DNA of 53,521 bases, taken from positions 1 to 53,521 of the forward strand of contig JAFGRA010000307.1 of the NCBI GenBank assembly GCA_016935415.1, written 5' to 3'. The notes beneath the pieces were generated by a model that had not been told where the DNA came from, did not search any database, and saw only the letters and a list, made by a program, of their open reading frames with translations. This document shows positions 1 through 10,174 of the stretch, piece by piece (within the stretch, counting starts at the first letter, position 1; each line of letters opens with the position of its first letter). The translations under genes were made by a program, and so were the position numbers. This stretch comes from Anaerolineales bacterium (lineage in GTDB: Bacteria; Chloroflexota; Anaerolineae; Anaerolineales; UBA11579).

Positions 1-93
1 TTATCACCAATTGCATTCTGATGCACCCAATCATCAGTTGAGTATTGCTGAGTTTTCTCTATGAGCAACTAGCACCATTAGTTACTAGTATCT

Positions 94-131
94 CGCCCAG
101 CAGGTTGTGTGATAACCGGGGCGGTTTTTTT
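94..131 (+). terminator. Terminator-like hairpin in the leader of the KimA-like gene
   Basis: CGCCC...GGTTGT-gtg-ATAACC...GGGCG stem followed by T7 (125-131), just upstream of RBS GAGGAG (138-143). Confidence 0.55.
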
Positions 132-150
132 ATGTATGAGGAGTGATTAG

Positions 151-2011
151 ATGGTAGATAGACCAATGAATTTGCGTAAATTGATCCTGGGTGATCCGTT
201 GGCAACGTTTGAAGCACAGCACCAACGCATTACCAAGGTGAAGGCATTAGCGGTATTTTCGTCAGATGCGCTTTCTTCTGTAGCTTACGCTACGGAAGAA
301 ATTTTGTTTATCCTGATCCTGGCCGGAACGGCAGGCACGCGGCTGACGCTGCCGATTGCGGGAGCGATTGTGGTATTGCTGTTCATCGTTGGCGCGTCTT
401 ATTTCCAGACCATCCACGCATACCCCAATGGGGGTGGGGCGTATATCGTGTCCAAGGATAACCTGGGAATCTTGCCTGGGCTGGTAGCTGGTGGGGCGTT
501 GATGATTGCTTATATCTTGACCGTGACGGTTTCGGTGGCTGCCGGGTTAGGGGCGATGTATTCAACGTTTCCGGCCTTGTTCCCATACCGGGTGATCATT
601 GGGTGTTTTTGATCGCGATGATCACGATCATCAATCTGCGGGGTGTACGTGAGTCGGCAACCATCTTTGCGGTGCCGACTTATTTATTTATTGCTGGAAT
701 TGTTGTGCTCTTGATTGCTGGGATTTATAAAATGGCAACCGGTACATTGCTGCCTGTAGAAATTGCCGAGGGAGAACTCATTCAACCCGCGCATGCACTT
801 ACTTTGTTCCTGGTGCTGCGAGCCTTTTCGGCTGGGTGTACGGCTTTGACCGGTGTTGAAGCAATCAGCAATGGTATTCCGGCTTTCAAACCCCCGGATC
901 AGATAATGCCGGTAAGACGCTGATCGCCATGGTTGGGATTTTGTCTGCCATGTTCCTGGGAATATCCTTGCTGGCGAGTGCTATCGGCGCTGTACCTGTA
1001 CATAGCGAGACCGTGCTGTCGCAAATTGGACGGGCAGTATTTGGTGAAGGCGCGGCTTATTTTGCCGTGCAGCTTGCCACTGCCTTGATCCTGGTTCTGG
1101 CGGCGAATACCTCTTTCGCGGACTTCCCGCGGCTGGCTTCGCTGATCGCCAAGGACGGCTACCTGCCCCGGCAGTTGTCGAGCCTGGGAGATCGGCTGGT
1201 ATTCTCGAACGGTATTGTTGCCCTTGGCGTATTATCCGGGCTGCTGTTGATCGGCTTTGGCGGTGATACCCACCGTTTGCTGCCTTTGTACGCGGTGGGT
1301 GTCTTCATTTGTTTTACACTTTCACAGAGCGGGATGGTGATCCATTGGTGGCGCTTGCGCACCGAGGGATGGAAACAATCCATGGTATTCAACGGCATTG
1401 GGGCGTTGGCGACGCTGGTGGTCTCGTCAGTGGTGATCGTCACGCGCTTCACGCAGGGGGCCTGGGTGGTGATCGTGCTGATCCCGCTGACGGTGTGGGC
1501 GTTCATGGCAATTCACAAGCATTATCAGAGTGTGGCCGGACAGCTGTCTTTAGATGAATACGGCGCGCCTCCGGCCATTCGCCGCCACCGCGTGATCGTG
1601 CCGGTGGGCGGCATCCACCGCGGCGTGTTGTACGCGCTGCATTACGCGAAAAATTTATCGGTGGATGTTACCGCAGTATTGGTGGACATTAATCCCGATG
1701 AAACTGAAACGATCCAAGCGAAATGGGAACGCTGGGGTGATGGCATCCGCCTGGAAATCTTGCCTTCACCCTATCGCTCGATCATCAGCCCGTTGTTGGC
1801 GTACCTGGATCGCATCGACGCAGAACGTGGGCCGCATGACATCACTACCGTGGTAATGCCGCAGTTCATTGCGGCGCATTGGTGGGAGAACGTGTTACAT
1901 AATCAAACCGCTATATTGTTGCGTTTGGCATTGATCTTTCGGCGCGGTACGGTGGTTACGGATGTACCGTTCCAATTGCATAGTGTGCAGGATATGGAGA
2001 TTACGAAATGA
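151..2011 (+). CDS. APC-family permease, KimA/YdaO-like K+/H+ symporter; split into 3 ORFs by two -1 frameshifts (probably sequencing errors)
   Basis: Motifs SSDALSSVAYATEE, AYPNGGGAY, TALTGVEAISNG, NTSFADFPRL and a C-terminal cytoplasmic domain (SPYRS, LHNQTA). One base added at T5 606-610 and one at ~898 gives a continuous ~620-aa protein. Confidence 0.85.
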
Positions 2012-2661
2012 AATTAATCGTTGTTGGGTCAGGACGCTTTGGCGCCGAGTTGACCATGGGAACTTTTGCTCAGGGGCATGAAGTTACCCTGATCGATGAA
2101 ACCGGAGAATCTTTTGTGCGCCTGGGGGATGAATTCCACGGCTTAACGATCCGTGGGAATCCGTTGGACCGCTCTGTGCTGGAGCGCGCTGGAATCAATG
2201 ATGCTGAAGGTGTGGCTGCGGTGACTTCGGATGATGCGACCAATTTCGTGGTTGCCCGGCTGGCAAGCCATATTTACAAAATCCCCAATGTGGTTGCGCG
2301 CGTATATGATCCGCTGCGTCTGTCTGTATTCGAAGAGTTGGGCATCCAGGCGGTGGCGTCGGCATCCTGGGGCGCGCGCCGGATCGAGCAATTGCTAACC
2401 CATCCTGGGGTGATCCCGCTGACGACGATTGGACACGGGGAAGCAGCTTTGTTGGAGGTGCTTGTACCCGATCGTGCCAGTGGGATAAAGGTTGCGGAGC
2501 TCGAAGTATCGCTCCCGGTCAAGGTCGCGGCGGTGATTCGCGGCGGTAGCGCCAACCTTTTCCAAGCGGATGGACAGCTAGAAAAAGGCGACCTGATTGT
2601 AGTCAGTGTGTTATCGCGCGATATTCACCATGTCGATGCCTGGGTGAAAGGACGGAAATAA
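2008..2661 (+). CDS. trkA: TrkA-family potassium uptake RCK protein
   Basis: GSGRFG Rossmann motif, TrkA-N and TrkA-C layout, overlaps the upstream stop (ATGA). Confidence 0.88.
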   Translation: MKLIVVGSGRFGAELTMGTFAQGHEVTLIDETGESFVRLGDEFHGLTIRGNPLDRSVLERAGINDAEGVAAVTSDDATNFVVARLASHIYKIPNVVARVYDPLRLSVFEELGIQAVASASWGARRIEQLLTHPGVIPLTTIGHGEAALLEVLVPDRASGIKVAELEVSLPVKVAAVIRGGSANLFQADGQLEKGDLIVVSVLSRDIHHVDAWVKGRK

Positions 2662-3348
2662 ATGACTAGAGAGATGTTTGTACTGATCATTGGGGGTGGG
2701 CGGTTGGGCAGCCAGCTTGCCCTGGATATGTTGGAGCAAGGTTATAAAATCCGTATCCTAGATCACCGTCCGGCGGTTTTGGAGCGCTTACACGGCATGT
2801 TACCGACGGAAGTAATCGTGGTCGGCGATCCGACCCAACCGCAGGCGTTGGCGGAAGCTGGGATTAATACGGCTAATGTCGTTGCAGTAGTGATGCCTAA
2901 AGACTCGCAGAACCTGGCAATTGCCAGCTTTGCGCGTTTCCAATTCAAAGCTCCCAGGGTGATCGCTCGGGTGAATGAGCCGCGTAATGCCTGGCTATTC
3001 ACACCCGAAATGGGTGTAGATGTGGCTGTCAATCAGGCTGATATCCTCGGTAACCTGATCCAGGAAGAGATGTCGATGGGCGACATGATGACCTTGTTGA
3101 AGCTGCATCGCGGCGACTATTCGGTGGTCGAGGAGAAAATCCCAGAAGGCGCCTGGGCAATCGGAATGGAGATTCGGGAGTTAGATCTGCCCGAAAACTG
3201 TGTGATCGCCGCCATTATCCGTAAGGGGAAGATCGTTGTCCCGCATGGTTTCTCTGTCCTGGAGGCTGGTGATGAGGTGTTAGCGGTGACCGATCATAAG
3301 GGCGCACAGCAACTAGAATTGTTGTTTGCGCCGCTGAAACAAGACTGA
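2662..3348 (+). CDS. trkA: TrkA-family potassium uptake RCK protein (second paralog)
   Basis: GGGRLG motif; TrkA-C motif IAAIIRKGKIVVP...LEAGD. Confidence 0.88.
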   Translation: MTREMFVLIIGGGRLGSQLALDMLEQGYKIRILDHRPAVLERLHGMLPTEVIVVGDPTQPQALAEAGINTANVVAVVMPKDSQNLAIASFARFQFKAPRVIARVNEPRNAWLFTPEMGVDVAVNQADILGNLIQEEMSMGDMMTLLKLHRGDYSVVEEKIPEGAWAIGMEIRELDLPENCVIAAIIRKGKIVVPHGFSVLEAGDEVLAVTDHKGAQQLELLFAPLKQD

Positions 3349-3352
3349 TTTG

Positions 3353-3384
3353 AAGAAGATCGGAGCGACTGCTCCGATCTTCTT
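3353..3384. terminator. Bidirectional intrinsic terminator
   Basis: AAGAAGATCGGAGC-gact-GCTCCGATCTTCTT perfect 14-bp stem between convergent genes. Confidence 0.8.
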
Positions 3385-3401
3385 ATGTCTTGCGATTGAA
3401 A

Positions 3402-4760
3402 TTATTCTCCGTATTCCTTTAGGATGCGGACGATGTGTTGTGCGCCTTTGACATAGAGGTCGAGGCGCATATTTTCATTTGGGGCATGCGCACCTGCGCC
3501 CGGATAACCAACACCGGCGCTGACGATGGGCAGTTTCAGGTATTGCAGGAAAGCGGCGTTGGGGCCGGAACCACCCACCATGGGGTCGATCTGCATGGGC
3601 ATGCCGTAGACTTCGGTGGCGGCATCGACGACCAACTGTACGAAGGGATCGTCGGGATCAGTGCGCCCGGCCGGGCCGCCGCCCATGAACTCGATTTGGA
3701 TATCTTCAAAGCCTTCAGCGTCGAGGTGAGCGCGCAGCTTGGTGAGCACTTCTTCGATGGTCTGATTGGGCACCAGGCGAAAGTCGACTTTGGCGGAGGC
3801 TTTGGCGGGGAGCACGGTCTTGGAGCCAGGGCCTTGGTAGCCGGAGGTCAGGCCGCAAATTGTACAGGTTGGTTCGAAGACTTGCTGGATTTGTAGTTCT
3901 GTGCCGCCTGTAGTGCCCTTGAGGAAATGGTCAACCCCGTAGCGCTGCTTGTATTCGTCTGCCACTTCCGGTAAGGCGGCAATCAATTCGATATCGCGTT
4001 CGGTGGGCGGGGCCACGTTATCGTAATATCCGGGGATGCGAATGCGCTCGTCTTCTCCCTTGAGCGTGTTCAGCGCCCAAACCAGCCGCCAGGCGGCGTT
4101 GGGGAAGATCGAACCACCCAGACCGGAATGTACATCTGTGCTGGCTGTTTCAACGCTGAGTTCGACATAGCAGATGCCGCGTAGGCCGAGATGCTGCATG
4201 GGCGCTTCGCGGTGGTCGACGCCGCCAAATTCCCACACGCACACATCAGCAGCCAGTTTTTCGGTGTTAGCAGCGATGAATTCGGGCAGATGCACGCTGC
4301 CAATTTCTTCTTCGCCTTCGACCAGGAATTTGACGTTGCAGGGCAGCTCGCCGTCTGCTTCCAGGATGGCGTCGATGGCGAATAGGCGGCTGGTGAGGTG
4401 GCCCTTGTCATCGCTTACGCCCCGGGCATAGAGCTTGCCATCTCGCAGTGTAGCTTCCCAGGGCGGGCTGTCCCACAGTTCGAGCGGCTCGGCGGGCTGT
4501 ACATCATAATGGTTATAGAAAAGCAAGGTCTTGTCGCTCTTGCCCTTGCGCTCGGCGTAGACGACGGGGGAGCCGCCGGTGGGTAATATCTCTACCTCGA
4601 ACCCACGCGCCGCCAGCATTTCGCCGACAAGGGCTGCGCCTTCGTCCAGGCCAGTGTTCTGGGCGGCGACGCTGGGAATGGCGCATAGTGCGGAGAGTTC
4701 GGCAATGCTGGCATCGAGGTGCTCTGTCAGGTAATTATCATAATCTTTGTAGACAGTCAT
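3402..4760 (-). CDS. M20/M25/M40 family metallo-hydrolase (dipeptidase-like)
   Basis: HYDVQP, ARGVSDDKG, EGEEEIGS, HAPNE motifs; start moved to ATG 4760 (RBS GAGGA). Confidence 0.9.
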   Translation of the reverse strand: MTVYKDYDNYLTEHLDASIAELSALCAIPSVAAQNTGLDEGAALVGEMLAARGFEVEILPTGGSPVVYAERKGKSDKTLLFYNHYDVQPAEPLELWDSPPWEATLRDGKLYARGVSDDKGHLTSRLFAIDAILEADGELPCNVKFLVEGEEEIGSVHLPEFIAANTEKLAADVCVWEFGGVDHREAPMQHLGLRGICYVELSVETASTDVHSGLGGSIFPNAAWRLVWALNTLKGEDERIRIPGYYDNVAPPTERDIELIAALPEVADEYKQRYGVDHFLKGTTGGTELQIQQVFEPTCTICGLTSGYQGPGSKTVLPAKASAKVDFRLVPNQTIEEVLTKLRAHLDAEGFEDIQIEFMGGGPAGRTDPDDPFVQLVVDAATEVYGMPMQIDPMVGGSGPNAAFLQYLKLPIVSAGVGYPGAGAHAPNENMRLDLYVKGAQHIVRILKEYGE

Positions 4761-4770
4761 CTTGTGATCC

Positions 4771-5331
4771 TCATTCATTAAACAATTGGGTCAGCCAGGG
4801 CAGAGAAAAGGCACCTGCACCGGCGTAGGCGATATAGGTCATTTTTGTGGTCACACCGATCCAAACCCAGATCAGGAATTTCCAGAGCGGCATTTTCAGC
4901 GCTCCGGCAGCGATGCCGGTAATATCAAATACTGGATTGGGAATGATGGAAAGACCAAGGATGGTGATGCCGCCGTGTTTCTTCATCCAACCTACACTAC
5001 GCTGGTAGATCTTGTAATCTTCGATGATGGCCTGGCCACTGAAACCGGCCAGATATCCTGAAATTTCCCCCAATGCGCCACCCAGGCCTCCGGCCAAACC
5101 GACGAAGAGTGGATTGAAACGCGCCCCCATAGCGAATACCACAAATAAGCCCGGTGCCGGGATCAACACTGTAGCATTCGAAAGAAATGCCAGCAGCGCG
5201 ATCCCGAAATAACCGAGGCCTTCTATTTTTTTTATTTCTGCATCCGAGAGCGTAAATACATACACCGACAGGCCAATAACGACCAGCAGGGCGATGATGC
5301 GGGCAATGATGAGGCGGCGCTCTTTGGACAT
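4771..5331 (-). CDS. DedA/VTT (SNARE-associated) membrane protein
   Basis: Hydrophobic; LIPAPG, GGALGEISGYLAG and IPNPVFDITGIAAG motifs. Confidence 0.82.
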   Translation of the reverse strand: MSKERRLIIARIIALLVVIGLSVYVFTLSDAEIKKIEGLGYFGIALLAFLSNATVLIPAPGLFVVFAMGARFNPLFVGLAGGLGGALGEISGYLAGFSGQAIIEDYKIYQRSVGWMKKHGGITILGLSIIPNPVFDITGIAAGALKMPLWKFLIWVWIGVTTKMTYIAYAGAGAFSLPWLTQLFNE

Positions 5332-5343
5332 TTTTAGGGCATG

Positions 5344-5856
5344 CTATGCTTCGATAATCTCAACCGATTGCAGGGTGACGGCAGGGCTGTTCACTTGGCT
5401 GGGATCGCGGGCTGGAATCTGGCGAAAAACTTCTTCACCTTCAACCAATTGGCCGAATACGCTGTGCTTTCCGTCCAGCCAGGGGGTGGCAATGTGGGTG
5501 ATGAAGAATTGGGACCCGTTGGTGCCAGGGCCGGCATTGGCCATGGAAAGTACGCCGCGCTTATCGTGTTTCAAGCTGGGATCGAATTCATCTCCAAAGC
5601 GATAGCCAGGGCCGCCCCTGCCGGTGCCGGTCGGGTCGCCACCCTGCACCATGAAATCATCGATCACGCGGTGGAAGATGGTACCATCATAAAAGCCTTC
5701 ACGCGCCAGAAAGACGAAATTGTTTACAGTCGTAGGGGTCTTATCGGCGAAGAGTTCGAGGGTGAATTCTCCCAGGTTAGTTTTCATAATGGCTTTGTAG
5801 CTTTTCTGGGGGTCGATGACCATATCAGGGGGGCTATTCCATTGTTTTTGTGACAT
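5344..5856 (-). CDS. Cyclophilin-type peptidyl-prolyl cis-trans isomerase
   Basis: [42 protein letters not shown]. Confidence 0.95.
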   Translation of the reverse strand: MSQKQWNSPPDMVIDPQKSYKAIMKTNLGEFTLELFADKTPTTVNNFVFLAREGFYDGTIFHRVIDDFMVQGGDPTGTGRGGPGYRFGDEFDPSLKHDKRGVLSMANAGPGTNGSQFFITHIATPWLDGKHSVFGQLVEGEEVFRQIPARDPSQVNSPAVTLQSVEIIEA

Positions 5857-5903
5857 ACGGTTTCCTTTCCATGCTTGAGTAAGAGATAAAGTAAATTGAA
5901 CTA

Positions 5904-6572
5904 CTAACTTGCATCCTTCTGTTTATTCTTTTTCTGTTTCTTGTGAGCGCGCAGTAATGATTCGATGCGCGCAATGACCATATCCATAGCGACTTCATTG
6001 AAACCGCCCTCTGGGATGATGACATCTGCATAGCGCCGGGAAGGTTCGACGAAGCGTAAGTGCATGGGACGTACGGTGGTCTGGTATTGGTGGATGACCG
6101 ATTCGGTCGTGCGGCCGCGTTCAGTAATGTCGCGCTGCAAACGCCGGATGAAGCGGATGTCGGGGTCGGTATCGACGAAGAGCTTTACGTCGAAGAGGTC
6201 GCGCAGTTCGGCTTCCAGGAAGATCAAGATGCCTTCGACCAGGATGACCGGCCGGGATTCTACCAGGATAGTTTTGTCCGTGCGTGAATGCGTGGTGAAA
6301 TCATAGGTAGGCACCTGAACCGCTCTTCCTGCCTTGAGTTCGCGGACATGCTCAATCATCAAATCGGTGTCCAGCGAATTGGGATGGTCGAAGTTGATAG
6401 TGGAGCGTTGGTTGAGGGGAAGGTCGCTCAGGTCTTTGTAGTACGAGTCGTGCATAATGTAAGCTACTTGATCGATGCCAACTCTTTCCAGAATAACCTT
6501 GGAGACTGTGGTCTTGCCAGAGCCGGTGCCACCGGCGATGCCGATCACAAGTGGGATTATCTGCTGAATCAT
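5904..6572 (-). CDS. udk: Uridine kinase
   Basis: [13 protein letters not shown]-loop, [27 protein letters not shown]; start moved to ATG 6572. Confidence 0.93.
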   Translation of the reverse strand: MIQQIIPLVIGIAGGTGSGKTTVSKVILERVGIDQVAYIMHDSYYKDLSDLPLNQRSTINFDHPNSLDTDLMIEHVRELKAGRAVQVPTYDFTTHSRTDKTILVESRPVILVEGILIFLEAELRDLFDVKLFVDTDPDIRFIRRLQRDITERGRTTESVIHQYQTTVRPMHLRFVEPSRRYADVIIPEGGFNEVAMDMVIARIESLLRAHKKQKKNKQKDAS

Positions 6573-6684
6573 GCCCTGATTATACTGGACTTCGGGGATT
6601 TGGTAAAAAATTGCGGATCGGAAACCATATTGCGATGATGATCTGATAGTAAAATTGTAGAAATTCATTTGAGGAGATTGTTCG

Positions 6685-8007
6685 ATGAAGGTCGATCCGC
6701 AGATTTATGAGCGCCCGCTAGAGCTGCTTCAATACTTGATCCGTTTCGATACTACCAATCCGCCTGGCAGAACGGTAGAATGTATCGATTATATTGATTT
6801 GCTTTTAAAAGCAGCGGACTATCAAACCACAATTCTGGGGATGGACACTGAACACTTGAATTTGATCACGCGCCTAGAAGGGCGCGGCGAAGCACCCCCG
6901 CTGCTGCTCTATGGGCATGTGGATGTGGTCATCACCGAGGGACAAGACTGGACTTATCCACCGTTCGCCGGGGAGATCGCGGACGGGTATTTGTGGGGAC
7001 GGGGTGCATTGGATATGAAATCTGGGGTGGCGATGTTCTTGAGCACCATGCTGCGCGCCAGGGCGGAAGGGCTGCGCCCGGCGGGAGATGTGATCTTCGC
7101 CGCGTTGGCCGATGAGGAAGTGGGTGGCAAGTATGGCGCAGAATATCTGGTCAATGAGCATCCTGAATTGTTTGCAGACGTCGAATATGCGCTAGGAGAG
7201 TCGGGCGGATATACGATTGATATTGGCGGACAGCGCTTTTACCCGATTCAGGTGGCTGAAAAGCAGGGCCTGGGTGTGATGGCGACCGTGCGTGGCACAG
7301 CCGGGCATGGCTCGAAAGTCGTGCGGGATGGTGCAGCAGCGAAACTAGGGCGTATGTTGGTTAGTCTGGATGAGCATTTACTGCCAATCCATATAACTTC
7401 AGGGCTGCGCGCGATGGTCGAATCGATGGCAGCAGCGATGCCGGAGCCAATTCGCAGTGATCTGTACAAACTGCTCGATCCTGATACAGCCGAAGAAGCG
7501 CTGCAAACACTGGGAGAGTTGGAAGCGATTTTTGCGCCTTTGCTGCGCAATACATTCAATCCAACCATCATCCAGGGTGGGAACGCTGTCAATGTAATTC
7601 CCAGCTCGGCTACAGTGAATTGTGATATGCGTTTGCTGCCCGGTTTCACCCAAGAGGATGGGCTGGCCGAGGTGCGCCAGGTGATTGGTGATGATGTTGA
7701 ACTGCGTGTGGTATATTACTCGCCGAATCCGGCCGTGCCAAATTTTGGCATGTTCGATGCATTAGCGGAAATTTTGCGTGTGGTGGACTCGGAAAGTGTG
7801 CCGATACCGTACCTGCTCAGTGGGGTGACGGATGCGCGCTTCTTTGCTCGCCTGGGTATCCAAACTTATGGCTTCACGCCGATGCAACTCCCTACGGATG
7901 TCGACTTGTTGGGGACGGTGCACAATGCCGACGAGCGTATTCCGGTGGAGGCGATGGATTTCGGTGCTGATTTGGTCTATCGGGCCGTGCAGCGCTATCA
8001 GGGTTAG
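6685..8007 (+). CDS. M20 family metallopeptidase (ArgE/DapE-like)
   Basis: YGHVDVV, GRGALDMK, DEEVGG, VHNADE motifs. Confidence 0.88.
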   Translation: MKVDPQIYERPLELLQYLIRFDTTNPPGRTVECIDYIDLLLKAADYQTTILGMDTEHLNLITRLEGRGEAPPLLLYGHVDVVITEGQDWTYPPFAGEIADGYLWGRGALDMKSGVAMFLSTMLRARAEGLRPAGDVIFAALADEEVGGKYGAEYLVNEHPELFADVEYALGESGGYTIDIGGQRFYPIQVAEKQGLGVMATVRGTAGHGSKVVRDGAAAKLGRMLVSLDEHLLPIHITSGLRAMVESMAAAMPEPIRSDLYKLLDPDTAEEALQTLGELEAIFAPLLRNTFNPTIIQGGNAVNVIPSSATVNCDMRLLPGFTQEDGLAEVRQVIGDDVELRVVYYSPNPAVPNFGMFDALAEILRVVDSESVPIPYLLSGVTDARFFARLGIQTYGFTPMQLPTDVDLLGTVHNADERIPVEAMDFGADLVYRAVQRYQG

Positions 8008-8114
8008 ACGGCATAGTTCAATAGTCCTATTGCAACTGGTTCTGGCGTAGCGAAAAGCTAAAAAATAAGCAAAAATTGAACCCCTGTTCTGTGAGTGAAG
8101 TAATTCAATAGGAT

Positions 8115-8142
8115 GACGCTCCGGCTGCCGTCGGAGCGTTTT
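8115..8142 (+). terminator. Probable intrinsic terminator
   Basis: GACGCTCCGGC-tgcc-GTCGGAGCGTT followed by TTCT. Confidence 0.45.
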
Positions 8143-8261
8143 CTCTGACCGTGAAATTAGGTCAGGCATTGACCCGAGTGAAGTGCTTCTGAGCGCGGAT
8201 AAATTACTTTTACTGCTTGCACGATAAATTGAAGCTTGCTAGATTTGATGGTTGAGAAGGA

Positions 8262-8525
8262 ATGCAGATAAATAATTATTCAGATGTAAATAACGGCGCT
8301 CGTTTTGAGCGAAACTTGCGTGAGAAATTTGCGCGTTGTACGGATAGCGTTGCGCCTCCGGCAGATACCTGGCAGAGAATTCTTGAAAAAGTTAAGCAGG
8401 CTATGGAAGCGGGCGAATGGCCGGATGACCTCGATGAAGAGGAATATCATCCGCGTGGGGAGAGGGGCATACTGTTAAAATCCACCAAGGTCATCTGGAG
8501 CAGAAACGGAAACACCCAGAATTAG
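8262..8525 (+). CDS. Small hypothetical protein with an anti-sigma-like N-terminal helical motif
   Basis: Purine-rich RBS (GAGAAGGA); FERNLREKF...APPADTWQRILEKV. Confidence 0.55.
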   Translation: MQINNYSDVNNGARFERNLREKFARCTDSVAPPADTWQRILEKVKQAMEAGEWPDDLDEEEYHPRGERGILLKSTKVIWSRNGNTQN

Positions 8526-8549
8526 CGGGGGAATTCCTGCAGGCGACGC

Positions 8550-9839
8550 TTACATGCCGATTTCATGGGTGTAGATCTTACCGCCTTTTTTGGGGCAAAG
8601 CACGCGCTTGTATGCCTCAATGATCTGGTTGGCGATATTGCTCCAACTATAATCACGGGCATACATGGCAGCCTTCAGGCTCATATCCCGGCGTAAATCC
8701 GGGTCGCTGAGCAGCAGCATGAGCTTCTCGCTCAGCGCCTGGGGATCCTGGTTGGGGATGTGGTAGCCGGTCTCGCCGTCTTGAATGAGGTATGCCAAGC
8801 CGCCAACTTGTGAAGCAATTACGGGGGTGCCGCAGGCCATCGCTTCCAAGGCGACCATGCCAAAGGACTCGTAGTGCGAAGGCACGACTACAACGTTGGC
8901 TGCCGAGTAGAAGTAAGGCAATTTTTCCTGGCTGCGCTTACCCATGAAGTTGACATATTCATCGATTCCCAGTTCGGAGCATAAATTCATCAACCGTGTC
9001 ATTTCGGCGCTCATCAGTTCTTCGGAGACATCGGCGTCGCCGCCAATGATCGAAAGGCAAACTTCGTACGTGTTGAGAAAACCCTGGTCGTGCATTAGCG
9101 CGACAGCGCGGATGAGCGTGTCAATGCCTTTGAGCGGTTCGATGCGCCCGACGAAGAGAATCATACAGTTTTGTTCTTTTGCGCCAATATAGTTCTTGGC
9201 CTCGTCCTTGGGGATGGGGTAGAAATGGCAGGTATCTACACCTGGGGGGACGACGGTAAGATGATCGGCATTGATTTCGTATAGCCACTGAAGCTGCGCC
9301 AATTCTGCGGGAGTAGCCGCAACCACCAGATCGGCGATGTCCAGTACTTCGCGCTCGCCGTCGATGCGGTAATCACCTTCGTATTCGCCTTCCCCGGCAA
9401 TGCGGTTTTTCATCAGACCGAGAGTGTGAAACATGTGCACTACCGGCACATCCCAGGCTGCCTTCAGGTCGCGGGCGGCAATGCCGGACATCCAGTAATG
9501 ACTGTGGATCAGGTCGTAACTGATCTCTTTCTTTGCGGTAAATTTTAGGATGCCATCGACAAAGTCGGGGATATACTCGGCAAGCTGTGCTTTAGGTAGG
9601 GGAACTTCTGGCCCGGCAGGGATGTGTACCACGCGGTTACCGTAACCCAGATCGTGCACGACCTGGGGGATATGTTCGTCTTGTGAACGCGTGTAAACGT
9701 CGGCGTGTACGTTCATGCGGCCTAACCGGCAGGTGAGTTCCTTGACATATACGTTCATGCCGCCGGTATCTTTGCCACCCAGGGTTGCCAGTGGGCAGGT
9801 GTGGTAGGAAAGCATTGCTACGTGTAATTTATCTGTCAT
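8550..9839 (-). CDS. GT4 glycosyltransferase, MshA-like
   Basis: HTCPL...GGMNVYV, IHSHYWMSG, FVGRIEPLKG, ESFGMVALEAMACG. Confidence 0.88.
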   Translation of the reverse strand: MTDKLHVAMLSYHTCPLATLGGKDTGGMNVYVKELTCRLGRMNVHADVYTRSQDEHIPQVVHDLGYGNRVVHIPAGPEVPLPKAQLAEYIPDFVDGILKFTAKKEISYDLIHSHYWMSGIAARDLKAAWDVPVVHMFHTLGLMKNRIAGEGEYEGDYRIDGEREVLDIADLVVAATPAELAQLQWLYEINADHLTVVPPGVDTCHFYPIPKDEAKNYIGAKEQNCMILFVGRIEPLKGIDTLIRAVALMHDQGFLNTYEVCLSIIGGDADVSEELMSAEMTRLMNLCSELGIDEYVNFMGKRSQEKLPYFYSAANVVVVPSHYESFGMVALEAMACGTPVIASQVGGLAYLIQDGETGYHIPNQDPQALSEKLMLLLSDPDLRRDMSLKAAMYARDYSWSNIANQIIEAYKRVLCPKKGGKIYTHEIGM

Positions 9840-9997
9840 GTGAAAGCCTATTGTGGATTGAGTTGATTAATCTTCAATCGGGAAGTCGGATTGGCCAGAT
9901 CCGCCTGGAGCGATTTTTAGCAAACCAATACTGCTACGATCATATCAATATATACCGTTATCAAGCTTGCTTGGTTGTCGTGTTTTTAGCCGTTATC

Positions 9998-10027
9998 TTG
10001 TCATTCTCAGGGCTACTCTGGTATAAT
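9998..10027 (+). promoter_or_regulatory. Sigma70-type promoter of tRNA-Thr
   Basis: TTGTCA-18bp-TATAAT with extended -10 TG, 26 nt before the tRNA. Confidence 0.7.
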
Positions 10028-10053
10028 CCGCCGTGCTTAATTGGATGTACCAC

Positions 10054-10126
10054 GCCACCGTAGCTCAGTTGGTAGAGCAAACGATTCGTAATCGTTAGGT
10101 CGAGGGTTCGAATCCCTCCGGTGGCT
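10054..10126 (+). tRNA. tRNA-Thr(CGT)
   Basis: Acceptor stem GCCACCG/CGGTGGC, D-arm TAGCTCAGTTGGTAGAGC, anticodon stem AACGA-TTCGTAA-TCGTT, T-loop GGTTCGAATCC; CCA not encoded. Confidence 0.97.
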
Positions 10127-10174
10127 TGATGATTTTACTACGGATGCCCCTGTCAGGCAGATAAATCCATGAAG

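Noticed and set aside
1-93. c-di-AMP riboswitch aptamer
   Set aside because: The conserved aptamer motifs are not recognisable in the available sequence; only the terminator is supported
5341-5853. 170-aa plus-strand ORF mirroring the cyclophilin
   Set aside because: Antisense shadow of a highly conserved gene
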